This document shows positions 11,201 to 23,889 of a stretch of 64,000 nt of DNA, one piece after another (position 1 is the stretch's first letter; every line of letters starts with the position of its first letter). The notes under the pieces are model-generated. The model was not told where the DNA came from. It was given only the letters and a program-made list of their open reading frames with translations, and ran no database searches. Source of the stretch: Cycas panzhihuaensis (lineage: Eukaryota; Plantae; Cycadophyta); assembly GCA_023213395.1 (NCBI GenBank), contig CM041465.1:191215741-191279740 (forward strand), read 5' to 3'. The position numbers were made by a program, and so were the translations under genes.

Positions 11201-13909
11201 AAGGCTTCTGATTTTTGCTTTAGGAAGTAGACCCAGACTTTGTGAGAGAAGTCATCAATAAAAGATATGTAGTACAATGCTCCTCCAAAGGAGTGGACAT
11301 GGGTCCACACAAGTCTGAGTGAACTAATTGCAAAGGATAAGATGCACGCCATGCTTTGCCTTTAGGAAAAGGCAGTCGATGTTGTGTCCCCATTATGCAA
11401 GCTTCGCAAAGACATTTTGAACCATACATCTTTGGAAGCCCATACACCATGCGTTTGTTTATCATCTGCTTCAAATTGTCTAGGCTTAAATGTCCTAGAC
11501 GTTGATGCCATAATTGAATTTTTGACAAAGATGTGGAACCAGAGTAAGCAGAATCAAGAGTAATGTTATTGGCATCCAACTTGTAAAGACCTTGATCCTC
11601 ATAGGCTACAGTTACGATCTGATCATCTTTGTCACAAATGATACATTTCCCATTTTAAATAGTACGCTCATGTGTTGCTTGTTCAACGACTATGATATGA
11701 TTCTTCTCCATAGAAGGAATGAAGTAGGCATCCTTTGTTGGGAAATGATGAGGAAGGATTTTGAGGAGAATGAAAAGGAGCTATGGTGCCTATTCCTGAA
11801 ATCTCAACTGATTCAGCATTTCCAAAGGTCACTGATTAACCTTTACCTTCCTTGATGTTGCATAGGAGTTCTTCACTCCCTGTCATATGTCGAGAAGCTC
11901 CTGAATCGACAATCCAAGTGTTGTCAATGTTGCATGATTGGTATGCACAAAGTAGTTTGTCTTCATTGGCAAACTGATTAGAATGGCGTTGGTAGCCACC
12001 TTTCCACTTGATTAACACTTGAAGCTAGCAGATAACTTGGAAACTCAAAGCTTTCGTCGCTTAAGTTCCACCTTCTAACAAGACCAACAGTCCTGATCTT
12101 ACTAGAAGATCCAACAACTGAATGGAATGATGAGGGGTGGAGGACTAGGCTATAGAGTTGGTCCAACTTGATCTTATAGAGAAGATCCAAATGTTGACCA
12201 AGTTAAATCTAGGACAAGGCAGGTAGGGTTGATCTGCATGGACGTACCATGCTTTCCACAGGATTCACACCCCAATAACGCCATTTTCGAACCTCCTTTC
12301 CTCAAGCAACCTTAATTGTCGTGCACCGACTGCCGTTGGTCCCCTAGGGAATGCACCAAGCTTAAGGTTAATTTAGAGGCAAGGTTTGAACCTTTTTCGA
12401 GCCTCTCCAACAGATTTTAAATTCACTTTTAAACAAGTCTAAGTGAATCTTCTTACTTGGATTTTTATGCCTTTTGGCTTACAAAGTATGCTTTTTAAGA
12501 AGCAATGAAAGAATGAGCACAAAACAGATTTCAAGTGCTTTTTGATCCAAGTGAGGTGCTATGTATGCTTGAGTACAATGATAAAGTACTTGAAATGATG
12601 AAGTCGCATTTGATGAAGAGTCATCTGCTGTGTCTTTGCTTGAAATGAAATTTGAGTGGTATTGCTGATGAGGCCGAGTCAACTTGACTTTAATTTGTTG
12701 AGCGGGCAGGTCTTTGGGTTGTGCACTTGCCGGCAATTGGATTTCTTTGTCGACGGTACCGAAAAGTCTTGACTCAAAGATCGCTTGTTGAGCTAGCAGT
12801 GTCGGGCTCTTAAATGAGCAAGGATAAAGTGTGAGGACTGCTCAAGAAGGCATCGAAAAGCCTTGATTCAATATATCTTTGAAATGGCACCGATCGCTTA
12901 ATGCCGAGATGATGCTTAGCCGGGCGTGAAAGAGCATCTGGTTGTAGCCGACTTCAAAGACCGTGAGTTGGCGCTTGATGGCCGCCCACCGCTGATTTGA
13001 TCGGCTTGATGGCCGCCCACCGCCGATTTGACCGGCAGTTTGATGGTATCCCACACCGATTTGGATAGCGGTTTGATGGCCGCCCATCACCGATTTGGAC
13101 TGGCAGTTTGATGGCTGTCCACTGCTGATTTGGACTGGCAGTTTGATGGTTGAAATGACAGGAGCTGCTGCTGACTGGGCTTGGCTCGAATCCTCTTCAG
13201 AAATGGTTGAACAGACCTTGCATGCAGGTCCAGAAATGCATGTAAATGGCTTCTTCAAGTGCGACAGAGGATAGTCCAAAGGCATGATTTCAAAAACAAA
13301 TGACAGAGATAATAAACTAACAGTGCTTAAACAAACTAAGTTCAGAGACCTTTCAGCTCTGATACCAAATGTGAAAAATGGGCATTAGGCCACATTAGTC
13401 CCAAGATCATAAGTACAAGCACAATACTGCAAATGCATGAAAGCATGAAACATAAAGAACACAAAGTGAAATAGGAGCAAGATCAAGATACTGAAATGGG
13501 GTTGGAATTAGTCCAACCACCAAAGAATGCTTCAGCTTGATTAGCAAACTGACAAAATAACAATGAGCTCCTCCTCCTTAGATGAGCAACAATGAAGAGA
13601 GGCCTCTTTAAATAGAAGAAGATGAGAGGCCAAAGGCTATTGCATGATTGACAAGTGTCAATCATGCAATGCATGCTTGCATGTAGGACAAGTGTCCATT
13701 GGGAGCTCATGTGAGCAAAAGTGCAAGGGGGTCATTTGACCCTTAACTTACAACGTTATGTCACTAGACATAAAGTGGGTGTGTACTTTATCACTTAAGT
13801 GATAAAGTTACACCTAAAGTACAAAAGTGCAAAAGTGCACACATGATACAAGAAAAGAAAATACATTAGCTTAACATTATAAACATAAGGTAAACCATGA
13901 GGTTTAACA
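8261..13909 (-). mobile_element. Ty1/copia element B nested in A integrase
   Basis: Near-identical LTRs 8261-8802 and 13370-13909, TSD CTGGA, tRNA-iMet PBS 13356-13367, PPT at 8803. Motifs [30 protein letters not shown] and SDSDWAG occur in PR-INT-RT-RH order. Confidence 0.95.
12972..13150. repeat. ~33-35-bp GC-rich tandem repeat in the 5' internal region of B
   Basis: About six TTGATGGCCGCCCACCGCTGATTTG-type units. Confidence 0.8.
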
Positions 13910-14340
13910 CTGGACAGACTCCATTCCAGCTCGTCTATGGAACAGAAGCCATTCTTCCGACGGAATTTGAGATACCAAGTCTACGAATTGCTATGCAATG
14001 TCGATTAGACGACTTCCAATCCTTACGACATCGATTGGAAGAATTGGTGCGATTGGAAGAGAAACGACATATGGCGAAATGGTTGTAAAATGTAGAAAAG
14101 AGACAACAAAAGGCATGGCATAATCGACATTTACGTAAACCTCAATTCAAAGAAGGTAACCAAGTGTTGCTGTATGACAGCAAGTTCAAGATGCACCCCG
14201 ACAAACTCAAGATGCGGTGGTTGGGACCTTACATTGCAGAGAAAATCTTTGAGAACGGATCGGTGCAACTTCGGGAAATAGATGGACCGCTGCCACCAAC
14301 TCGAGTGAATGGTAACATATTGAAACCGTACATCGAATAG
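13910..14340 (+). pseudogene. Integrase C-part of A, resuming after insertion B
   Basis: WAFRTTYKRSTG|QTPFQLVYGTEAILP is contiguous across the insertion, followed by KLKMRWLGPY...NGNILKPY. Confidence 0.9.
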
Positions 14341-14599
14341 ATTAGCTTACCAGCTGGATCAGCTAGTTGTACTATAAGCATGTTGCATGAAGTTGAGGCA
14401 AATCGAATTGCCTTGATACCGGAATGTGATCCAGCTCGGTATGGAAACAAAAATACAAAAAAATGAAAAAATAAGAAAAAACAATCGTAACTTATACTAT
14501 ATACATAAGCAATATGAAGAATCATTGAAAACAAGGATATTATGACTAAAAGAATCAAGGATAAGAAAGACTTCTGTCAAAAAACTCTGAATTTTGCAT

Positions 14600-14960
14600 A
14601 CATACCGGCAAAATACACTATACGTACAAGGGAAAGTACGTTACCAGGTACGTACTGTGTAAAATACACCAGAAAAGAACGTTATCTGGTACGCACAGTG
14701 TAAAATCAGACAAAATACACTCTGCGTACCAGAAAAAAGTATGCTATCTGGTACGCACTATGTAAAACAGATTAAAATATAGTACGTATACTAGGGAAGT
14801 ACGCTACGGGGTATGCATAGTTAAAAACGGATAAATTAAACAGTTTATACTATGCATACCTGAAAAAGCATATCACCGAAGTACGCATAGAACAAAGAGG
14901 CAAATAAGACAAAAGTATATATTATGTACCTGCAAGCATTCCCGCACGGTATGCAACCAG
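14600..14960 (+). repeat. Degenerate ~60-bp tandem repeat between pol and the extra ORF of A
   Basis: Recurring AAAATACACTATACGTAC...GGTACG(C/T)ACTGTGTAAAA units. Boundaries approximate. Confidence 0.65.
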
Positions 14961-15167
14961 AGATCGAGCACAATTAAAATGAATTCTCAACGACAAGCGG
15001 TAGAAACCTGACCTTGCGATCCAAGGAGACAGAAGGACGCAATTTGACCTCAGTTTAGCGAGTATAGAGTCCAGCAAACAGTAACCACACCAGAAAAGGT
15101 ACGCACGTAGGGTTCGTACCCATTCTCCAAGAAATTTCGGTTTTCTCTCTGGAATCCCATAGCCAGC

Positions 15168-16109
15168 ATGAGGACAGCAGGTTGTCAGGAGACTTTTATA
15201 CCCAGGTTGAAGAAGGACCTCAAAGCATTACCCCCTCCATTTCAGGCAAAAATTAGGCAAGCTGCTTAGGGAGAGTACATATATTGTAACCCTATGTACT
15301 ATGACCCAGAAATCATGGATAGTATCTTGACAGAATTGAAGAAGGATATGAGCAAGATTAAGCTAAATGCAGAAATAGTACATCTGATAACAGGACTTCC
15401 CAATGAAGGGGAAGTACCTGTAGCGACCAAACGCTCCGAAGTAGATCGTGAGCTATGGCTGAAAGGGTTCTGCCAAGAGCACACCCAACTGACTTCAGGT
15501 GGAATCCGTGTGGCAGATATCAAAGACATCCGATTACAGTGGATAGCCAAAGTTATTAATTCTAGGTTTTTGTCAAAAAGGAAATACACCTACATTCCAG
15601 GGGGAATGATGCCAATATTATTGAAGATTCGTGATGGAGAGAAGATGGATTGGTCCGAATTTCTGGCCGAAGACATAAGGCAGCAAATTCAGGAGATAAT
15701 GACTCATCCTCTTCGCCACCCTTCACTATTGCTACCTATCCTATTCTACCAGTGTCCAAATGTACAACTGGTGAAGACAACCACTTCTTCAAAGGAACCC
15801 CTAATTAAAAAATGGGTGATTGAGTTTCAAGATACAACAACAAATCCAGAAGTTAAAAGGAAAGTACAAAAGCATATGAGTAAAGTACTTAAATGGTTGC
15901 AGCAAACCCCTGGGACACCAATTCCTCACCGGGTTAAGCAAACCATACGAAAAAATAGTAAAAGAAAGAAGAATGATGAAGAATCAGTAGAGGCAGAGGA
16001 TGTGGAAGTTCCCTTAGAAGAATGGGAGGACTTTCCACCAGAAATGGAAACAGGGGAGACGTCAAGGCTACCCACGGCAGAGAATAAATCGATCGGGTTA
16101 TCTGACTAA
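15168..16109 (+). pseudogene. Extra ORF downstream of pol in A (unknown function, PMD-like motifs)
   Basis: ATG at 15168 is in frame with ORF 15294-16109 across one TAG. Homologous to F 45000-45692. Confidence 0.75.
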
Positions 16110-16335
16110 TTATGGACATGGAAGAAGGGTATAAGGCGAAAATAGCAGCCCTTCAGGAAAAAATTAAGGAAAAAATGCCATAATCGCCACACTGACCCAA
16201 ATCAATGAGGAAATTTTGACTACAAGACAAGTAGCGTGAGGCGACCTTGAGATGGGGTGGGGGAGGAATACCCCAAATTTTGAAAAATTTTGTTGAGCAA
16301 GGATGCTCAAACCCTTCATGTTGACCAGGGATAGA

Positions 16336-17171
16336 TGTTGGAGCATAATGTGACACGCTGGGCTATGGGCAACCAAAGAGGAGCCGACTTTCCTTGGACT
16401 GTGCAGGTACGGACCGTACGAACGTCCGTATACAACAAAAAATGGAGAATCCAGCATTCTAGGTACGTATGACAGGTGCGTACCTGGTAAGGTATGCAAC
16501 ACGGTCGCACCTCCAGGCGTAACGCATAGCGAGCAGGATCGATGCGCATGGAAAGACCGGGCGGAAGGGAGCACGAGTGACGTCAGACGTACGTACGGAT
16601 GTACGAACGAGTTAAGACAACGATTGAGGAATCTAACCAATGGTTAAGAAAAGGTACGCATGATGGAAAAGGTACAGTTATGACAGACAGTCATAACCCT
16701 TCAGCAAAAAGACACCAAGGAGCGTATTTATGTGACTTCCTCAGGGCCATTCGGTTAGGGTGAGAGCCAAGTATACCGGTACATATTGGTACGGAGACCA
16801 GTATGCATGGAAGCAGTCTGAAGTCGTGTATTTTGATGGGTACCTCTTGGGTACATATGTGACAGATTCATTGTATAAGGTTGGAATGCACAGGGAATGC
16901 ATTCCAGCACCTTGTGTAAAAGAAATATTGCTTAATGAAATAAGAAGTTACGTGGAAACTGTGTATTCTCTATGTTGCAAGGACTAAATGTAGAATATGT
17001 GCTAATTTCTGTACTGCTGTGTGCTATTGTGATATAAGTATGTGGAAACATTAATAATCTATGGAATATATGTGGATAATGATGTTGATTGTGTCCTAAG
17101 CTAGACTATAACCCGTGTAACCTTGACAAGTGTACCTTTCCCATAAGTACAGTGGGAAATCTAAGTCAACA
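16336..17171 (+). repeat. 3' LTR of A
   Basis: TGTTGG...TCAACA, preceded by the PPT and followed by the TSD. Confidence 0.95.
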
Positions 17172-18580
17172 CTTACCTTCTAAAAGCTTCATGTAAATCT
17201 TCTTAGTGGTGTTTCTTCCCCACTATTCCCTTTCCCGAATAAGGGATTATGGATAGGTGGCTTCAACTGTATTACCCATGGTACTCCTGGTATTTTTGCC
17301 GCCACAAGAGTTGTTATTAAATGCGATTGATCCTCACTTCCCTCTAGTGGATCTTCAAATAGTTGTCTAATCAATCGATTTTCCCAATGTGCCTGGGGAC
17401 CTTTCTCCGCCCTTTCTTTGTTGCCACTTAGGTCCTTCAAAGGAGAGTCCAAACTTAATTCTGTCTCAGGGTTGTTTTCCTCCTCAATATTCTTTCCTTT
17501 GTGGTATTTTTCTAGAGCAAGTGTGATTGTCATAGGCTCCCCTTGGCCTCTGTTTTCTATCTCCCGTGGTGTCTGGGTGCCACTTGCCTCAGATTCTTCC
17601 AATGATTCATCTTGTTCCTTTTTTTGTCTATACTTAATCTCTTTGCCCTCCTTAACCTTTTCTCCTTGGACCATCTCAAGGCTCTCTGCCTGTTGGATTC
17701 CATTATCCCCTGAGGTTTCTTCTGTGACTCCTCCGCCTTCAAAGGCCGTTTAGGTGGCACTGGAAGGTCCCCGTGGTTGTCTAAACTTAGTTCAAGACTG
17801 CCATCATGGTGACAGCCAAGGTGACTTGCCCTTTATACATAGAGTTCTGGCTTTTCTTCCCTCTACTAGTGGACTTAGGCAACGAAACCAATGTTGACTT
17901 AGAATATGCTTCCCACTGCAAGATCTTCACTTGTCAAGATTTTCCACTATAGTCTAAGGTGTGTGCGTATGGTCAACATACATATCTTTCATTCATTATG
18001 CCACATAAGTCCATAAATATGCTCATACATATAGAATCACCATGTATTCCACATTAAGTACACATGATATCCACGTAATTCTGTAATATTATTAGAAAAT
18101 AGTCAATACTTACATCATATTATGTCTGTACATGGTTGACTGATCATCCTTACCAGGTCAGATCCCAAAGAGATCACTTACTTGGCTCTCACATCCATTC
18201 CCATGCATGGATGTGTTTAAATACCCTTTACGTCCCTATTGCAGAGTGGTTGCGACTAACAATCACAACCGTCTGTTTTCCCTAACAGATGTCTCTTCAT
18301 TGTTAATCCATTCTTGTTATCTCCTTAATGCGTCTGTTAATTCATGCGGCTGGGTACATGTATCTTTCCTTGTTCCATCTATCCTGCATCCATTCACAAT
18401 ATTTTCTAACTATGCAGCATATGTTCGTTCTTTGTTCGGTTTGTTCCTGATGTACAACGCCTGTTCCTTTGACGGAATAGTCATGCTTTCTATGTATTTT
18501 CTGTCTGTTCTTCTTCCTGAATGGTTGTCGAATGGTTGCCCTACAAAATATCCACTGTTTCATCTAGATTTTATCATACA
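17172..18580 (-). mobile_element. Element Z 5' part: probable LTR ~17892-18580, PBS 17878-17890, gag start MPPKRPLKAEE at 17760
   Basis: The gag N-terminus is homologous to A. ...TCAACA is followed by T-TGGTTTCGTTGCC. The segment joins 1-1012 across the CTTAC TSD. The outer LTR boundary is inferred. Confidence 0.8.
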
Positions 18581-18619
18581 TCCCCCCTAAAGGATGCACA
18601 GGAGTCAAATCTAACTGCA

Positions 18620-18900
18620 ACAATGTGATGGATGATAATGCTGTGAAAATGTTGTGATTGTTGTTATATTGTGGGCTTATGTGGCATGTATGCATGTAGA
18701 TGACCCATATGTTGACAACAAGCTCTAATTACACTACCATAAGTGAACTTTGACATGTGTACTTTCTATGGGGCAAAAGGGGAAGTCACCTTCATTGTCG
18801 ACATGATGGCAAGTTGTAACTAAACCTTTACAGCCGAGGTACCTTCCAATGCCACTGAAACGACTTTTGAAGTCACATGATCCACCTAAAAATATTAAAT
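18620..18900 (+). mobile_element. Short decayed fragment of the A/Z family (LTR end, leader, gag start MPLKRLLK)
   Basis: ACCTTCCAATGCCAC and TGATGGCA..TGTAACTAA match the A leader at ~1930-2010. Confidence 0.65.
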
Positions 18901-21900
18901 TAATGTTCATATGAGGACAAAATAGGGTACATGAGCCACTAGGAGTTACAAAGTCCTAAATGGATGTGTGACACATGTCAAGGTTGTTATAGATTCGTTT
19001 GTTGATTGTCATCGATCCAGCTTGTACATATAGTTGTATAGTATTATGTATTAATCAATTCAAGGTGTATGGGTTCTTAATGAAAGCCAATTTTATTGAT
19101 GGTAGACCAATACTACTAGAAAACTTATGTTTTTATGTGTCAATTTGGTTCCATTTTTTAATCTAAACTTACATATAATATCAGAGCTGAGTTTAATTGC
19201 AAGTTGTAGATCAATTTTGCAGCCAATGATGTGTGAAATCAAGCATAGCTTTGTGTTATCGTCAGTTTGTAGATCAATAAGTTCAAAATATTTCTATCAG
19301 TTTTGCTATGGACTTTATTTATTAGACTGTGAGGTTTAAGTGTAATCGAAAAAATTTAAAAAAAAAAAAAAAAAAGCAAGGGGATACTCATGTAAGTGAT
19401 TTGTTTTATTATACGAGAGTTGGTTTCCCACTGACGGCCACCTTATGTGAAGGCATATACATTATTGGGAGAGAGTTTGGGGATTGAAACCCTAGCAGTG
19501 GATTGTGTTGTTAAGAGGTAATGTTTTATCATGATGTAATTAAAACACATAATCATGACATGTGTCATAATATCTAAGGTTGGTTATATACCAAGAAAAT
19601 AACCGTTACCAACCATATCATGTACTTAAGGAAATCATTCTCTCAATAATATCGTTGAGTTTTCTCATCAGCCTTTTTGTCTCCTAAATTCAAATCAACA
19701 TGGTATCAGAGCAGGCTCAGCTCTAACTGCTCATTTGGAAGAAGAAGTCTTTATTCCTGAAGACTAGTCAAGGGTTCAAGAGGGAGACAAAATCAAGCAC
19801 TCCAACACTGAAGGAGGTCATTAAAATCTAGGTGTACGGAACTGTACGGAGGCCATTTTTTTGAAGTTGTCAGATCAAGACAAAACTTGGTGGAAAGGTA
19901 GATCGGAGGACGCTTAACATTTCTTCCTTCTACGTCGAAGGCGTCCGAGGTAGTTTTGGGGGTCAAACAGACCACAAACCAATCCGCGTAGGATTGAAGC
20001 CCAAAGAAGACAGATCTCTTCGAATCTTAGTGAAGACCAAGAAACTTCGATCCTAAATCCTCTGAATAAGTGATACTAATCATTTGGAACCATTTTCATG
20101 CAATATCATTAAGTATTTTGCTCAAAATCTGCAAAAACGTTTTGATGCCCTCACCGCTCGTGTTCCTTTTCGAGGCCTTTTTTTATTGTTTGAAAGGGAA
20201 TTTTGAAAAACTGATCCTGGATCCAGATTGGTGGCGAAAAGACCTCTCTTTCGAGGTACACTTTGTTTCAGCCCGTACACCTAGGGTTTTGTATGGAAAT
20301 CCGTACAAATGTACAGTCAGCCCAGTCCTACTCCTTCATTGCTCAATAATAATGGATGCTCCTCTGTTTGGCCTTTCTGAACAAGACAAACTTACTGAAA
20401 TTAATTATCATATTTGGAAGATAAAGGTTGAAACCCTGCTTGGGGCCCGTAATGCCTAGAATATTGCCCTTGGTGTTGAAACTAAACCTGATGATGCCAG
20501 TGCTGCCCTACTTAGATGCTTGGAGAGAGACAATGCAGGTGTCATCATCCTTAAACTGTCAGTATCTGACTCCTTGTTGGTTTATGTGGAAAAATTAACT
20601 TCCTCATCAAGAATTTGGAAATGCATTGAAAACTTGTTTGGTCAAAAAAACAAGGCCCGAATATTTACCATGAAAGAAGAATTGTATAAGTTGCACATGA
20701 AAGAACATGAAATAGTGACTGAATTCATACATAAAGTCACTTCACTCAAAAATGGACTTCTAAGTGCAGGAAAAGTTTTGTCTGAATCTGAACTTGTTCA
20801 GATGGTAGCAAGCAAAGTGCCCAAAACCTTTGATGTGACCATTAACACCATTACGAACAATAATCAGATTGATGCAATGACTCTTGACGAGTTGACTGGA
20901 ATTCTGCTTAGACAAGAACAAAGGAATAGGTGATATGAGGACTCAACAGAGCTTGAAGATGTGTTTGCTTCCAGATTAAATATGGGACCACAAGGACGAA
21001 GTCAGACACGTGGAACAGGGCGAACTCTAGAATTTAGAAGCGTTGCTCGTGGTCGACATGTGGATAATAGAGGACACGGACGAAGTCGTGATTCAAAGAT
21101 ATGTTTTAACTGTGGTAGATCTAGACACTTCGCCAGTACTTGCAGAGCATTTGATGTGTGTTATCTTTGTGGGCAGACCGGACACTATCCCTATCAATGT
21201 CCTCAACGAAGAATTGACATTTTGAGAGGGAAACGGCCAATAGGTAACTACAGCAAAGAACAAACAGAAGAAGATGAAGAAGAGATAGTGTTCGTAGTTG
21301 CCCTGTCATCAGAATTAAAAGAGACTAACACCTGGTTTATCGACTCTGGAGCTTCACAACACATGACAAAAAGTCAAGACTGGTTTGAATACTTGAAACC
21401 CTGTGACATTAATAAGTCAGTGGAGTTGGGTGATAAATATCCTCTAGAAATTAAGGGAGTAGGTACCATTTCTATTAATGTACAGGGTAATATAAGAAAA
21501 ATTGGAAATGTTCAGTTGGTCCTTGACCTCAAAATTAATCTCCTGTCTGTCTCACAACTTAGCAAAAAGGGGCTAAGAACTGTGTTTGATGAAGATGGTC
21601 TATGTCTGATACTGGACATGAAAAATAATGGGAACAATTGCCAATGGCATTAGGAGTAATGATCTGTACAAATTGGTCTCAGATCTTGTAATACCTGGTC
21701 CAAATTCAAAAGTTTGTACTGCTGTGAATCTTGATAATAAAATGTGGCATTTGAAGTACGGACATCTCCCAATTGAAACATTAAAGAAAATTAAAAAAAT
21801 CTGAGATGGTGCCTGGATTGCCTAATATTTCTTCAGAAAATTTTGTATGTAAAGGATGTCAATTTGGAAAAAATCACAGACTACATTTCAAAGAAAGCAA

Positions 21901-23889
21901 GTGGAGATCACTAAATAAATTAGCGCTGGTTCATACAGAGCTTTGTGGACCGCTTACACCACTTTCAATAAATGGTTGTAGATATTTCATAACTTTTCTT
22001 GATGATTTCACTCGAAAAGTCTGGGTATACTTTCTTCACAACAAAACAGAGGTCTTTGAAATCTTCAAAGAGTTCAAAGCAGAAGTCGAACTTGAACTAG
22101 ATTTTAAAATAAAATGCATAAGGTCAGATGGAGGAGGAGAATATATCTCCAGTGAGTTCCTAAAATATTGCAAAAAGAATAGAATTCAGAGACAGGTCAC
22201 CACACCATACACTCCATAATCAAATGGAGTTGTTGAAAGGAAAAATAGAACCATGATGGAAATGGCTCGCAGCATGGTATATGAAAAACAGGTTGCAAAG
22301 TCATATTGGGCAAAAGCCGTGAACACAACATGCTATCTTGTAAATAGAAGTCTGACTAGAGCACTGAAAAACATCACTTCAGAGGAAGTATGGACAGGTA
22401 AGAAACCTGATATCAGTTCTCTCAAAATGTTTGGCAGTCGAGCTTATGTATATATACCAAACAAAAAAAGGGTAAAAATTGATGCAAAAAGTATATAATG
22501 CTTTATGATAGGATATAGCAAAAATTCAAAGGCCTATAAATGCATTGATCCAAAAACAAACAAAATATATGTTAGTAGAGATGTAGTGTTTGATGAAGAA
22601 ATTTCAAACTTACAATTATAAATCAAATTACTCCAAGAAGAAACAAGGAACTCCAGTAAAGAAAACATCACAAAAGAAGCTTCAGACATCACTACTGAAG
22701 AAATTTTGCCTAGCTCATCCTGCGAAGATTCCAGTGAAGAAGGACACACAACACAGGAAGCAGGATCTCACTTGGAAGTAAGGGGTAACTCAAGAAATGA
22801 AAAGAAACTGCCTAAATGGTTCATTAAGACCATTGAAGAAGGGGGAAGCATACTGGATTATAAAACAACAAGACAAAGACCAAAAGCCCTACTTAGTAGG
22901 ATTGAGCCTCAATCCTTCCAAGAAGCTCAGGATCAATCACAGTGGAAAGTAGCAATGGATGCTTAAATGAATTCAATTGACAAAAATCAGACTTGAGAAC
23001 TGGTGGAACTTCCTCCAGATAAACCTATAGTCAATTGCAGGTGGGTTTATAAGATCAAAGAAGGGGCAAATGGAAAGATTGAAAAATACAAACCTCGACT
23101 TGTGGCCAAAGGATATACTCAAACGACAAGAATTGATTTTGATGAATCCTTCTCACCTGTGGCCAAGTTGAATACAGTCAAAACTAACTTTTGCAGCTTT
23201 GTACAATTTAAAAATTTTCCAACTTGACATAAAGAGTGCATTCTTAAATGGTGCTCTTGAAGAGGATGTATACATGGCACTATTGGAATAATGTACATTC
23301 CCATTACATGTCCATTTAAGTTCATTCCATTTCATTAGAATAATTGCTCACATAGAATATTCTAGATGAAAATATTCTAGTGAGAGAAGATTCTTAGTCA
23401 AAGGTTCTAGAAGTCAAAGATGCTCAACTATTAATGAGGTAGTTTGAGCACACCAAAAATCATGGAAGTTGTTAAACCACCTCCTATGTTTAGACTTAGT
23501 GTAAAGTTATAAATATGCACTTGTATCATTCATATTTTCTTAATGAGATTTGGAGAGTTGTGAGTCATTTGTCATATTGTCATCTCTTGTGTTTTCACAT
23601 GTGCTTTATGACATGTCTCCTACTCTTATCCACTCATTCCTACATGGTATCAGAGCATATAGGTTATAGACACTTGTGTTTTGTCATGTGTATCTTAAAT
23701 TCTGCCATGTTTGTGCACTAAGTTCTGTCTTGAACAACCCTCTTTTTGCATCTACTCATTGCACCTAAGTCTTTGAGAATTCTCTAATTGTTAGTGGTGT
23801 GGAATGTGTGAAGGAAGGTTTGTTGAAACTTACTAGTCCAAGCATGGAGAAGAAAACCCTGGCTTAGAATGGAGACACAAAACAGCTAA

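Larger units (their letters stand above)
1013..17171 (+). mobile_element. Full-length decayed Ty3/gypsy LTR retrotransposon A (non-chromovirus, Athila-like layout with 3' extra ORF)
   Basis: 836-bp LTRs, TSD CTTAC (1008-1012 and 17172-17176), PBS, PPT CCAGGGATAGA, domain order gag-PR-RT-RH-INT, no chromodomain seen. Confidence 0.95.
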
